From positions 1,364,001 to 1,428,000 of the forward strand of contig CM060732.1 in the NCBI GenBank assembly GCA_030704615.1: 64,000 nucleotides of DNA, given 5' to 3'. Source of the stretch: Takakia lepidozioides. Taxonomy: Eukaryota > Plantae > Bryophyta. Below the pieces are notes generated by a model that saw nothing but the letters and a program-made list of their open reading frames with translations, was not told where the DNA came from and searched no databases. The position numbers and the translations under genes are program-made. Shown here piece after piece: positions 13,970 to 26,674 of this stretch (position 1 is its first letter; every line of letters begins with the position of its first letter).

Positions 13970-14210
13970 TGTGCAGAAGGGTGGCGATCTTGGCAACTGC
14001 TTCCTTATGTTCGATCACGTCAAGAGGGTTAAAGACAGGACCACAATGGCATGTCATGTTTACGACCCTGTATACCAGCGTGTCATGACAATTGCAGTGT
14101 GTGACATGCAGTCAGAGGACACAGATTCACAGCAGCTCATGTGGGAAGCTCTCATTTGTGTTATGGCCTCCAATGGTCTCCCATCTCCCAATTTTGTTGG
14201 TTTCATGGCC
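13970..14210 (+). pseudogene. Fragment of a second, diverged transposase of the same family
   Basis: FLMFDHVKRVKDRTTMACHVYDPVYQRVMTIAVCDMQSEDTDSQQLMW...PNFVGFMA aligns with the element A transposase. Confidence 0.8.
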
Positions 14211-15881
14211 GAGGCATCATCGCCATTCTCATTGTTCACAATACACATGTGCTCAAATTGGCTAATGTGTACATTAGGATCCCCTTTCCCTGCATATATT
14301 GGAAAAGGTGGTTTTGCCCGTGTTGGAGGTACCGCCATCTGTGGCCCTACACCCTACCCACTGACAGGTGCTGGTCCTCCTGTTGGTGTTGGTCCTTGAG
14401 GATCTGTTGTGTAGTGGTGGAACTCCCACCAAGTATTGGCCCTTGAGTACTCCCTGCTACTGGCCCCTTTGTACTTACAGTATTCCCAGCTCTAGTTGCA
14501 CTACTTTCCACACTCCCTGTACCCCCAGAGCCAGATCCAAGCTGCCCGCTTGATCCCCCTGAGCCGACACCTTCGTTGGCCTGTGATTCAAGTGCTCGAC
14601 TTGATCCAGGTCCAACAGGTTGGGATGTCCTGGTTCAACCTCAACTGTTGGGTCTACTTCTTCATACTCCTCATCTTCCAAATTCTTCTCTCTGTTTCCA
14701 TCTTCCAAGTTCTTCTCTTGGATTTCTTCTTCTTCACTCATGTAACTCAATTGCAATGGTGTTGGAGAGTCTGAACTCTCCGTTGGTTCTACCACATCTT
14801 CCTCTCCTTCTTTATCTTGTGCTTTAGAAACTGGAGTTCCTGCCTTTGGTGTCCCATGCCAACTCTTATCAAAGATTTCTGTCAAATCTTTTTATCCAGG
14901 GATGTACCTCAGATCTCTCCCCTCGTGGCTGATCTTCTTCCTGTACCAAATCCCTCAATCTTTCTTGTAAAGAATAAGAAGAAGTGGCATGCAACTCTGG
15001 TTCCTCCGGTATGGGTGATGTACTCTCCGATCTTAATGGTGTGAGAGGTCCAGATGATTCCCCTATGTCTATTCCTCTCTCCCAAAGATATGGATAATTA
15101 GCTTTCAAATAACTTTATCTTTTTGCTGAATATCTGTGAAGTCTAGCTTCTCTTTCATCACTCATGTCCCATGTCTTTCCTATTCTCAGTGAGGCAATAA
15201 CCAAAACTCTCTCCTGTAGTATCTCTCATATATGCCTGGATTTCTTTCAAGCTTCAATGCACCCTTGGCTATACTAGAAGTCTCCGTTACCATATAACCA
15301 TATGGCAAGCACGTCTGAAAAGTTGTTCTTGGTGTAAGTTTGATCCACAAGATATCCTTGGGAATCCAATTCTTTACCAGTACAAGTTCTTCATGCATAT
15401 GAGTGTAAACATTCACTTTCCGTTCCTCCCAGCCTTCAAACTCCACTCGTTTGATGGATAGCAATGCTATCACATAAACCAATGTTGGTAACCAACTTGC
15501 TCTCCCTCTACAGGCCACTTGATAAATCTTTATCACTCCTTTCTCCAGACCCCACTCTGGATCTGCATCATGCACTCTCTTAAGAATATATTCTTTGCAA
15601 CCGTCTGGCAATTCCAAGAACCTCTGAAAGAATTGTTTGGACAATCTTTCTTTCTCAATTCCACAGGGAATTTGATTCACATCAAATTCTTTAATTCTCC
15701 ATCCACCATGATCCCACCAGATGCCTGTCACATCTGGTTGTTCCTGACCCAGTTCCCCAGTATGGTCGCCAAATGTCGAACGGCTTTTACTCACCCATCC
15801 CTTCACTATCCGAGGTGGAAACTCCAAGATAGAAGAGTTGGATATCTCTAAGCACTCAGCCCACTTAGAACAATCAGTCAT
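14211..15881 (-). mobile_element. Decayed LTR-retrotransposon remnant (gag-like region plus upstream coding segment)
   Basis: RAKPPFPIYAGKGDPNVHISQFEHMC resembles the start of a Ty3/Gypsy capsid. It is preceded on the same strand by acidic, low-complexity ORF pieces and a 231-aa ORF. Confidence 0.55.
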
Positions 15882-16414
15882 GACCTACAGCTAGTGTATC
15901 ATGGTTGTGCTTCCTGTTTGTATTTCTTCTTACCTTCATGTTAGCAATTTACCTACCGTGGACACTTAAGCATCAGATTGCTTCAGTATCTATCAAGTTC
16001 CATTCACGCATCCATTCATTCCATAACTTCACTCAAGTCTCTCTACACAATGTGATTGTATCAAATAAGTATCAGATTAAGATTTATCATGTATCAGGCT
16101 GAAGTCATGGTGTCCCTAGTCTACCCTACAGTATATCTCTACAGCTTGCATGTAACAACATGAACAGATCGTCTCTCCTCCTTCACCATGTTTTCCCTTC
16201 CAGCTCCATACATACTCCCCCTGATCTCCTCTCCTGATGGCCAAGAAGCGCTCCCCGAGAAGTGTCCTTCATGTCGCTGCTCTGCTTAATTTATCCGCAA
16301 GCTGTTCTAACCGCCTAACTAACTAACTGTCATCTCAAGACAGGATGCACGATCCCTCTGTAGATGTCATTCCCACACAGACGTTCCCTGCCATGGTAAC
16401 CGTTCCCTATGTAC

Positions 16415-16610
16415 GCTGTGACGGGCTGTGCCATGCTGTGTTGGGCTGTGACAGTGCCGAGCTGTGATTGGCTGTGTTGGGCTGTATCAGGCTATGATAG
16501 ACTGTGATTGACTATGATTGACTATGATTGACTGCGACAGGCTGTGATAAGTTGTGTAGGGCTGTATCAGGCTGTGCCAAACTGTGTCAGCCCGTGACTG
16601 ACTGTGTGAG
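16415..16610. repeat. Degenerate 10-bp minisatellite (CTGTGATTGA / CTGTGTTGGG-like)
   Basis: 10-bp periodic CTGTG/CTATG units. Confidence 0.8.
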
Positions 16611-16795
16611 CTTGTCTACCACCCCTAAGGCTTGTGTCGGTCTAAGTCTACCATCCGCAAAGTCTGCGCAAAATTTAAGGGTACCCCACAGAACCCGTAA
16701 AAGTGTCCAAGTCCCAGACAGCCCTCTAACAATTATTAAGCTAGGTAATGTTTTGGCCTTAAAGAGGAGTTATGGTTTATGGGTAAGGCATCAAT

Positions 16796-17522
16796 TGTCG
16801 CGGCCCTTTGCCTTGAGGGCAGGGAGTCGGGACACATGAGGGGCTGCCCCTGTGGTGGGGGCAGCGGCAGCGATAGGTATGGGGGGCTGAAGCACCTTTC
16901 AGTGCCCAAGGCACTCAAGGAGGCGGAGGCGCTCACTAGGTGGAGCCCTGCACACCGGGTTGCGGTGGGGGTGGCTCCACAAGGGGTGGTGGTAGCTTAG
17001 TGGGACTTAGTGGGGGTGGCATAGGACTCACCATGGGGGCGGAGACCTCGTGGTGGGAGTCGTGGGGAGTCTTGGGACTCATCACGGTCCATAGGGGTCG
17101 TGGTGAGTGGGCCAAGACTCACCGCGACTCATCACCGGGAGTCGAGGGTTTTCGTGGTGGTTCGCCATAAAATGGCATGGTTGGTTGTGAAACCCCCGCG
17201 GACAGCTACAGAAGTATATATAGGGAGTAGTAACCCCGAGAACGGTGCAAGCCCGTTGGTGACCAAAAACTAGTGAGTAAGCGAGCGAGCCGGAAAGCGA
17301 CCAAAGAGTGGGGAGCTGTTCCGGACTGCCAACTACAAAAGGGAATTCCCGCTGGTTCCAAATCGGTGGAGGGTTCTTTGGGAGAACAAAGGGGGACCGT
17401 TATGCCCCGGTGAGCAGCCGAAGCTCCAAGTTGGCCCGGCGGCCAGGTTGGGAGTCAGGCGCGCGCATCAAAGCGAGTAACTATGACTTGAGGGGGAGCT
17501 TACCGAAGTGAGGTGCGCGACA
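16796..17522 (+). mobile_element. Solo LTR of the chromovirus family, with a 5-bp TSD (TCAAT)
   Basis: TGTCGCG...CGCGACA inverted ends. Near-identical to 52233-52961. TCAAT at 16791-16795 and 17523-17527. Confidence 0.97.
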
Positions 17523-17796
17523 TCAATGGCTGTTAGGTTCTAAGGAAGAGGAGGCCCTGTTTTTAAAGATGGCAGCCTGATAAGGCAATGACATGCCTCT
17601 CTCAGGCCTGGATTTGGTGTGGAATGGAGCATAGTGAGGTCTTATTTGCAAAACCTGGCATAAACCTTCTGGAAAACAGTGTTGGTAAGCTCTACTGGAC
17701 CTTTGCCAGAGATTATTTGCCTTATTTTGCCATCAGACCAGACACCTGCAATATATGATTTATTTTTTGGCCAAGTGGGTTTGGTCTCGGGCACTC

Positions 17797-18230
17797 AAAG
17801 TGCTTGTGTGTCCATATCTTGAATTTGTAATATGCAGGCCTTCTTCCATGCCAAAATGCCTTACATGATGCATATCTTGGGGCAATTACACATGGTGTAG
17901 AATGAAGTTGCAGTCTGTCTTGTCATGCCCAAGAGGGTCACTTGGTTGCATGTTTGGAATCTAATAAACTGCAGGCTGGTCCATCAAGATGCTTGTGTAT
18001 ACATATCTTGAATCTGTAGTATGGCAGGCTGTTCTTACCTACCCAAGGGGCCTTGCATGATGCATGTCTTGGGGTATTTACAAATGGCAAAGAGTGAAGT
18101 TGCAATATGTTTTGTCATGCCCAAGAAGTTTACTTGGTTGCATGCTTGAAATCTGATTAATTGCAGGCTGGTCCTTCAAGGTACTTATATGAACATATCC
18201 TGAATCTATAGTAGGACAGGCTCTTCTTTC
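17797..18230. repeat. Diverged ~190-bp tandem repeat, about 2.3 copies
   Basis: CATATCTTGAAT...TGAAGTTGCA...GTCATGCCCAAG...TGCAGGCTGGTCC recurs from ~17797, ~17985 and ~18177. Confidence 0.8.
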
Positions 18231-18792
18231 CCTAACTATTTTGATTCAATCTATGGTGAGGCATGGAACTCAGCTTTCACAAATGCGCCATCACTGCCGC
18301 CACACATCTTAGGTATTGTGGTTTGTGTGGGGGGCTGCTATTTCATGAGCCATGAGCCATGAGCGGCATGAGCCATGAGCAGAGTCGTAAGTGTCGAAAA
18401 AAACATGAGTAGGACTATTTTCCGGAAATGAGTGTCCGCGGGAATAGGGTTTAGGGTGTCACGGTCATAGGGGGAGAAGGACCTCCCGATGAAGGAGGTT
18501 CGGCAATGTTTTTTAGAATTACATATTGAAAGGCAATGTTTTGCGAATGGTAGGGTGGTACTGCTCTGTACAATGGGGGCCCATTTCAGCCTACCAGCCA
18601 CTTGCAAAATCCACCCACACTCCCAATCCCAAACGAAATGAGGAATGATGCATTCTGGGAACGATGGATACAGAATAGAACAAAAAGAGGGCACAATGGG
18701 GTTTTTATTGATCCACATGAATTGCATTTGAAGCACGTCTACTGTGCTGATTGTGCAAACAAATCTTTAGCCCTGTGCCTTCTGAATACAAG

Positions 18793-19356
18793 TCACGTTG
18801 TCAATGGGACTTCGACTGCTCTGAGAACTAGCTCATGAGTCATTGGGCTCCTCCAGGTAAACTGGATTGCAGCCGTTGTACCGCCCCTATTGATGTTCAC
18901 CACAATGTTGTGCCCTTCAATCATACCACCATCGAATATGGAAAGCTTCACGTTTTCGTCGTCCACACCAATGCGAATGTCCCCATACAATGGAGAAGAG
19001 GAGCGCACTCCTTCAGGAGTATACGTCTCACCGATGGAGTCCACCCACGTCCACTGGCAGCTGTTCCACCGCAACAGCATAGCAGTGCACATTCTTCTAC
19101 ATGGGTGCCCGTCGTAGCTAGGAAAATTGGAATCAAGGATGCGCAGGAGCCACGGACTCCTCAGACCAAGATCGTCACCCCGCTCGAAGGCGTAGTGGCC
19201 TGGGATATACTCAAAAGCGGATAATGTTTCCACATTCGAACCAGTATCTTCTGTGTAATCTGTGTACCAGATAACGATGTCTCCCGATGTGGCCGAATAC
19301 ATTGCATAATCGAAGCCCCTATAAGGGCAGTTGTCCTGATTCCGAAAGCACAACAT
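18793..19356 (-). CDS. Accessory 'gene X' copy 2, open 187-aa frame (MLCFRNQDNCP...HELVLRAVEVPLTT)
   Basis: Uninterrupted ORF homologous over its full length to the other three copies. No family recognised. Confidence 0.78.
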   Translation of the reverse strand: MLCFRNQDNCPYRGFDYAMYSATSGDIVIWYTDYTEDTGSNVETLSAFEYIPGHYAFERGDDLGLRSPWLLRILDSNFPSYDGHPCRRMCTAMLLRWNSCQWTWVDSIGETYTPEGVRSSSPLYGDIRIGVDDENVKLSIFDGGMIEGHNIVVNINRGGTTAAIQFTWRSPMTHELVLRAVEVPLTT

Positions 19357-19913
19357 CCTTGCAAAGGAGGACCTGAGGACGTCTTTGATGCCGATGACAA
19401 TGACCTTGCGGACAGCAACGAAGCCCTTAGATTTTCGAAATGATGAGAAGCGGAAGAGCAGTGCGGGCTCCAATAATGGAGCATCTGGGTCCCACGTACC
19501 CACCAATCATCGTGTAACGTGTTCATCACGCCAGCGGTGGATGAACCGATACCTCTCTCTCATTCACGGGGTATAGTTTGAAATCTGCCACCGAAGTCCA
19601 TCCCCCGGATGGAAATTCGGCGCCGCATTTACATCGAAGGGGGGATGGACTTCGTCGTCTCGAGTGGCTATAGGCCCACCTGGCACTAACTGCCCATAGT
19701 TTGCATGGCAGGGAAGGAAACTGAAACGGCTACATTCATGGAGCAGCCAATCTTCATCCGTGCAGGTTCCTGTAGGGGGGAAATTTAAATGTGCCCTGGA
19801 GTGTTTGTGAGGAATTGCAGTGTTTGCTTGAACTTCTTCCAGCCACCGCGCTGCTGCCTCCTCCATCCGGGAGCTGCTGTCATTGAGCGTACTCCGCTAC
19901 TCTTTTTTCAAGG

Positions 19914-20436
19914 ATGTCGTGCCGTCGAAATCCTGCAGACTGCCCTTACCATGGTCACGATTATGCTATGTTCAAACCAGAATCAGGAGACATCATTGTC
20001 TGGCTTTCTGTTTTCACAGACGCTTCTGGAATCAAGCGGGAGTCTTTGCGCGCAATGGAGTATTTGGAGGGCTATTACCGCTTTGAGCGAGATGAGGGCG
20101 AGGGTCAATGCGGTCCGTGGGTCCTGAAATTGTTGACGGCACTGGAACTGCTGCCAGTGGACCAGGGAGGACGGCACCGGGGAAAACTATATTCGTGGAG
20201 TTCACTCCGCTCTTCCAGTGTATGGAGACATTCGGCTGAGTTGCAAAGACGAATCACACGGGCACATGAGGCCCATAGTGACCTTGTCAATGTATGATGG
20301 TGGGATGATTGATGGGCATGACATTGTCGTCAGCTCCACCAAGGGCACCAGATCGACCGCATTGCAGTTTACCTCGAGGTGCCGCATCAGTAATGAGCTT
20401 GTTTTGAGGGCTATCGAAGTTCCGTCGACTTGGTGA
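19914..20436 (+). pseudogene. Accessory 'gene X' copy 3, internally deleted and frameshifted
   Basis: MSCRRNPADCPYHGHDYAMF...LRAMEYLEG (ORF 19914) continues in another frame as YGDIRLS...DGGMIDGHD...NELVLRAIEVPSTW (ORF 20218). Confidence 0.8.
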
Positions 20437-20709
20437 CGCCCATGTAGAAGGAGGAAGGGCTTAGATTTGTCTGGAGTTGCTAAATGTGAGACACCATGTT
20501 CGATCAATAAAACAACCCATCGTACCTCACTTCTGTGTGCTTGTGTTTCATTGTGTTCAAGAACTGCCGTAATTGGCCCACTGTTTACAATTTGTGGTCT
20601 CATTTCTACAATGTGACTGTCCATATGAATATACCAGAGTCAGCGATAGCAGAGTCCTGAGGTGAAGGAAATCCATGTATGAGTAAAAGGAAACATGTAC
20701 ATGGCGAAG

Positions 20710-21680
20710 CTCGGAAATTCGGCACCGCATTTCATTTTTCTCCATGCAACGATTTATGGCAGCTCTCTTTCCTCCGTTGTGGTCGTAACGGAAATGTTGT
20801 ACCGCATTTCATTTCTTGACATGGCATTACCATACTTCGAATTGGAAATGCGGCACCGCATTTCCATATTGGACCTTGAATTGACCAAGCATGTCCAATC
20901 GCTAATGCTTGTCCATGTCCATACTGGAAATGCGGCACCACATTTCCATGTCCGTCATCGAAATTTCGTACCGGACAATGGAATGCGGCACTGCATTTCC
21001 GGAGAGCACAATGGAATGCGGTGCCGCATTTCCGTCGAAGGGTCTGGAATTGGACAAACAACGATGTCCGTTCTGAAAATGCGGCACCGCATTTCCATGT
21101 CCGTCATCAAAATTTCGTGGAATGCGGTGCCGCATTTCCGTCCAACAAGACGGAATGCCCACACGGGTCAGGAATTGGACAAACAACGATGTCTGTTTTG
21201 GAAATGCGGTGCCGCATTTCCATGTTTGGCAATCGAAAGTTCTTATTGGACAATGTAATGCGGTGCCGCATTTCCGTCAAAGGGTCTGGAATTGGACAAA
21301 CAACGATGCCCGTTTTGGAAATGCGGCGCCGCATTTCCATGTACGTCATCAAAATTTCTTATTGGACAATGGAATGCGGTGCCGCATTCCCGTCTAGCAT
21401 CATGGAATGGGGAGCCGCATTTCCGTCGATGGGTCTGCTGTTGGAAAAACGTCCATCTCCAAAATGTAAATGCGACACCGCATTTCCATGTTCGACCTCC
21501 GCATGCGGGGTGGCATATCCATTTACCTCCATGGAAGGAGCTGGCAATCGGCAAAACTGCCGTGTCGAGAACGGAAATGCGGCACCGCATTTTCGTTCGG
21601 CCGAACAGTTTCTGATGTCCAAACCATGAAACGGAAAATTGTTCTTGCCCCGGTTTTGGAAATGCGGTGCCACATTTCCG
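20710..21680. repeat. Array of about 16 GGAAATGCGG-YR-CCGCATTTCC palindromes
   Basis: Seen directly; spacing irregular. Confidence 0.92.
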
Positions 21681-21849
21681 ATTTTGGGAGGGACGTGGTT
21701 TGGACGATGTTGTCGTTGAGAAGCACATGGGAGAGGGGACATGAAGGATGGGGAGAATTTCCTTTATATACTCTGGAAGAGAATTCAAATGTACAGAGAG
21801 TTCATTAATCTTGAAAATCATCACTATCGTCGTCGTGTCCTTGACTGTC

Positions 21850-24800
21850 CTACTCCGCCTCCACCCCGTCATTGCCTTTCTCATCTCCAGTGAACTGCTT
21901 GTTGGCCAGGCTTTCAAAAATCCCATCTTCCCCTTGCGGAACCGACCATCTCACCTCCGTTGGTTCGTCGTCCTCCCTGTCTGCATTGCTCTCATCCGCT
22001 GAATCACATATGAACTTTCGCACCCGTCTACCTGTCTCAGCTGTTGCCAACTCTTTCCTTATCCTTCTGTCCTCCCTAGCCCTCTCCAAAATTTGCTCTA
22101 CTTTACTGGGATTCTCACATCGTCTAATCGCTGTATTTGCGAGTTTAGCTGCATAACTAGGAAGGGAGTAGTCCTTCACCGGGCTCGTCATGAAGTCGGC
22201 CCTCGCAAAGAACGAGACATTCTTCCTGGCAGGAAGTGTAGGCCCTACATGTTTCGACCCGGATCCTAGAATCCTGCACATAACAATCACCAACGAGACC
22301 AATGAGAACCACAGTCCGGAAATGCGTTTGACAAAAATCACCCAGAAGGCTTTGCAAACTTACAATTTTTGTACTCACTCGTATTCCGGGTTCTCCTCGG
22401 CATCAATATCCACTATCTCTTCCTCCGACTCCGACGAATCCGAGGAGTCTTTGGCTTCGATGGGAGCCTTCACATTCCGTTGCAGCCCTTCCAGATGGGA
22501 TCCCCAGACGGATGTGTCCTCCTCGTAGGCAAAGAGGTGCCGGTCGGAAAACCGCCCAGCCCACATTGAGGCACCTGTTACAATGTCATCCACACATTAT
22601 GACATGGCCCTTCAGATGTTGCGAATTAAAGCATAACGAGAATTTGCAGAACAACATACAACAAGATTCTGCATACCTGTCCCACAGACGAGGTCGAGCA
22701 CTGTGCCCTCCACGTCAGTGCATGTCTGCATAATTGTCTGAATGAAGGCAGGGCTCCGAGTCCGTGAATACCGCAGGGGTTCCGTTGAAGTGAGGCTATG
22801 AGGGAGAAGTTCCGTGGGAACGTTGTTGAACAGGACGTCGTAATTGATGGGGTCGCAGTTTGGGTCAACCAACAATCCCTCCTTGTGGAAAGCAAAGGTG
22901 GAGTTCTCCTTCACAAAGCAGTATGCATCGAACTGCTTCGTCTGCATACACAGTGGGAACGATTAGAAATCGAATGCGGCACCGCATTTCAAAACTCCTA
23001 AGAAAATGAAAGGACGAGTGCCAATGTCGTAATTACCTTCTTCCCTTCACTCCGAAGGTCCAATGTGTTGATGCACGTCCACTTCTTCTTCAGAATTGGG
23101 ATGGCGCTCCTGCGGGTCCACTTCGCAATTCCTGTCTGCGTGTTTTTGCCTCTGCTCGCCAGGACAACCACACAGCCTCTGTCGTCCAACACCATGTGGG
23201 CGAGCCCGAATCCTTTCTTCCAAAAGTCCTCGGAGTACCTGTTCCAAGATGACAAAGCTTGCAGTCCTTCCACTGGCTCTCAGTTCGGAATATCCAAGAT
23301 GATCATATCGCAAGACCACTCGGTGGCATTTCCGCCCCTCCTGCAATCCTTGTCTGCACACACCCTCTCAAAGAACGAGAGCATCTTCAGAAACCCAGGG
23401 GTGTCGGAAGGCTCTTCGGCAGCCGCCTTCTTCAGTGCTCTGCCCTTCAGACCCTCCATGGTCTTCATGTATGCCAACTTGGCTACCTGTCCATCCAAAG
23501 CCGCCAAGAAACTCTCATTTACACACTGGACTACTGTATCGGGATCCACTTTCGGCCTCTTCATTTCCACCGGCTCGAAAGGGTGCCCCCCCGGGGGATT
23601 GAAGAGTGCCTTCTTTGCCGAGCCTGTTCTCGTCCCTCTCGTGACAACGGTGGGCACAGGAGATTTCGGCTGCGTTTCGGGGGGTGGGCTGGTTGCAAAG
23701 TCTCCATCGGAGTCCTCTTCGTCACCCTCTTCCTGCACTGTCTATTTCTGCTTTGTTGTTTTCTTGGGTGTCACAACTGCTGCTCCTTGCTGGCAAGTCC
23801 TCTTCTTCGACCCCTTTTGTTGAGCCTGCATAGCTGCACCCACCGTCTTCTGTGCCATCTCAGCTGCCTTTCTGGATTGTTCCAGAGCAGCAGCTTCATT
23901 TGCCGACTCTGGCCCAGCAGGGACACGTCTTTCCTTTCTCTTCTCTTCTGCTTTCGCGTGCAGATCTTTCTCAGACTCGTCAACAATTCCGCCAGACATG
24001 TCCTGGTACCACGGGCATCCAACGAGATGCGCGGCATGCCATTGTTTCTGCATCTCGGGTATGTAGACACAGCTTGGGCCCGCCACGGTCCAAGCCATGA
24101 AGAATAGGGGCTCTTGAGCCAGGGCCCCTGTCTGAAGAAGCACGTATTTCATATACCTGCAGGGCAGTCAGCATGCGTGAGCAAAAGTTGAGAGCAACGT
24201 ACTTGCAGAGTGCAACCGAAAACATAAAATGCGAATGCGGTGCCGCATTTCCCAGACAAACCTCATAACTAGGCTTCGCATAGAATGATAGCTGGGCTTC
24301 ACCTGTAAACAATTCGCATTGCAGCTTTTCCCGCTCCCTCCTGATGTGTAAACTCCACGCTCCTTCTTGCTGTCTGCAGCTCCCTGACGAAGAGATTGTC
24401 TTTGTACGCACATCTGAAACGTGTCACGTAGTCTTCCAGTGTCTGTGTTCCATCCCATTTGACGTACAAGCCGAACAAATTTGTATGCATTACGACTTGC
24501 TCCTTCGCATTCGTCATTACCTGTGATTCCCACATGCATTGTCACGTAGCAGTTCAGGGAATTCATTTCAGAAAAGCAAATCTGGGGAAGTACCTTGAAT
24601 TACCTGGAACCACCAAGTCATGCGGTTGAGCCACACATCCACTGCAGGGTCGGAAACTTTGAGTGGAAAAGACCACATTGTCCTTATACTCTCCGATGCA
24701 TTCCAGTTGATAGCCACCGTGTCTGCCATTTCCGATCCAATGTCAGGAGCAGGTTGAAGAGTGGCTATTGCTAGAAAGGAACTTCAGTGCATTGAAACCT

Positions 24801-26323
24801 CACCTTCTCTTTCGCCTCAACACATGCCGTTGAGAGGTGATGCAGTTTCTCCAACTGCATGGCCCGAGAATAGTGTTTTGCAATCTCGGGGATGAAGTCC
24901 TTTCCAAGTGCCAGATCTGCAATGGCCACCAGCTTCACAAGCTTTGACTTGTATTTCGTTCTGAACTTGACCCCGGCTTCCTTCAAGTGCTCAGTCAATG
25001 ACTGCAACGTTTTGACCTGCCCCTCACTTTCCATGAAGAAGCGTTTGGCATGGGCCAAATCCAGCTTGATGTTTGACTGCGAACAAAAACATGCAGAAGC
25101 GTTACATTCGATTCATGTGGAAAGATTACTGAAAATTGGGGAAGGATGAGCAGAGGGAAATGGGAGGACGACTTACTTCGTATATCACCTCCACCATTCC
25201 ATCCATAGTGAGACGATACCATGTCCGGTCAGTTTTTGCCACGACTTTCTTAATGAGCTCGGGCTCCAGCATTTCCGCAAACATGTGCGGATTAGTGAGA
25301 CCAGTTTTCCTCACCCTGTACAGCATATGTGCCATGTGGGTATGCACGTACGCATTTTCAGTGACCCTACAAGGCACACTCTCCAGTTCAGTCCACGGAA
25401 GCACGGAAACAAAACAGATTGGAAACCGAAATGCGGCACCGCATTTCAAACGTGCTTGGGAGGGTATGAGTATCTTACGAGTTGAGGTCCGCCATGGCAT
25501 TCTGGAGCGGAGGAGTCTGCCGCCTTCACCTTGAGGATGACACACTCCACCATGTAATGCCAGCCAATGTGCTTGGAATGGTTCTGCTTGATGTACTCCA
25601 CCAGGCAAGAAGTCGGTGATTCCCGTCCCACACAAAGAACATTTTACCCGACATATGGCCGAAGTCTGGATCACCCTTCAGCGTTGCCTCGAATTTGTCG
25701 TTGCGAGTGTGCCAGTGGGTATCCCAGGTTGACAATTCATCCGCAGTGGGTCCACGAGATTCGCCGTCCTCATTCTCAAGGGAAATGTAGAAGGCTGGTG
25801 AACCTAGACGGTACCCTTCTCGAAATGCGAACTTGAGCTTATCCACATCTCCGGGAAGTGCCTGCCTGACGATGGGAAGGGAGACCATGCAACAGAGTGG
25901 GATTCGAAGAGTCCGCTGGAATACCCTGTTGCCCAGAACTCTACCAATGCTACTGTGTGTCTCCTCCAACATTGTATCCGCTGCACTTTGGAATTCCTCC
26001 GGAGACATTTCTGCAGGTGGCGGTAGGGGCTGAGCAGCTGGAGCATCCGCATTCAAGTCTCCTAGCATACAGTCTAAGAATTGCAGAAGAAAAATGAGGG
26101 GGGTTTCGGTGCTCGATCAGCTGCGCAAATCCCGATAGCACGGAGCTCTCACTGGTGGCTGGGTTGCCTGCGTGGCCTGCTGCTGCGAGATGGCAATCTC
26201 CTCCTGTAGACGCATCTGCTTCCTCCCCTTCGGCATTGGCCTACGTCCGAAGTACAATTTTTGGAGCTTGCGACGATGTCTCTTCTCTGGTGCACGGACT
26301 CCCTCCCTCTCAGGTTCGAGCAT
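21850..26323 (-). pseudogene. Multi-exon ParB/Srx-like domain plus beta-class amino (N4C/N6A) DNA methyltransferase; most complete copy
   Basis: FFVWDGNHRLLAW (~25620); CDMIILDIPN*EP...W...HMVLDDRGCVVVL (motifs IV-VI, ~23150-23310); RSPAFIQTIMQTCTDVEGTVLDLVCGTG | ASMWAGRFSDRHLFAYEED (motifs X, I, II, ~22500-22760). GT-AG junctions are shared with copies C and D. Several stops and frameshifts. The last segment (21850-22280) may be a separate gene. Confidence 0.82.
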
Positions 26324-26674
26324 AAGAAGAACAGAGATAGGGAAAATGGGCGAAGAGTGCAGATGGAAAGGGCGCGAGAGGGGTGACTGAGTAGACACGA
26401 CAAAAGAAGATGAAACGGCGGTGATACACCACTTGGGTTCGAAAGGCTTGGACGAAAGTGTCTCCTCGTGGACTATGCGTCATTACAAAATTTGAATCGT
26501 CAAGGGTACGCCTGCCGTCCGAAAAACAAACATCATTATCCAACGGTCAGGCCGCGCCGCCTCCTGCAACTTCAGTCAGATAGAGTGGAGACATGTGCCG
26601 TAATTCCGTTGGTCCACGTGTTCACATATCATGGCATTTCCGTCCTAGCGTCTGATGAGTTAGAGTGAAAAAGC

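Noticed and set aside
21850-26323. Bacterial or phage contamination as the source of the ParB-MTase
   Set aside because: The gene has spliceosomal introns conserved across copies and is nested with plant retrotransposons.
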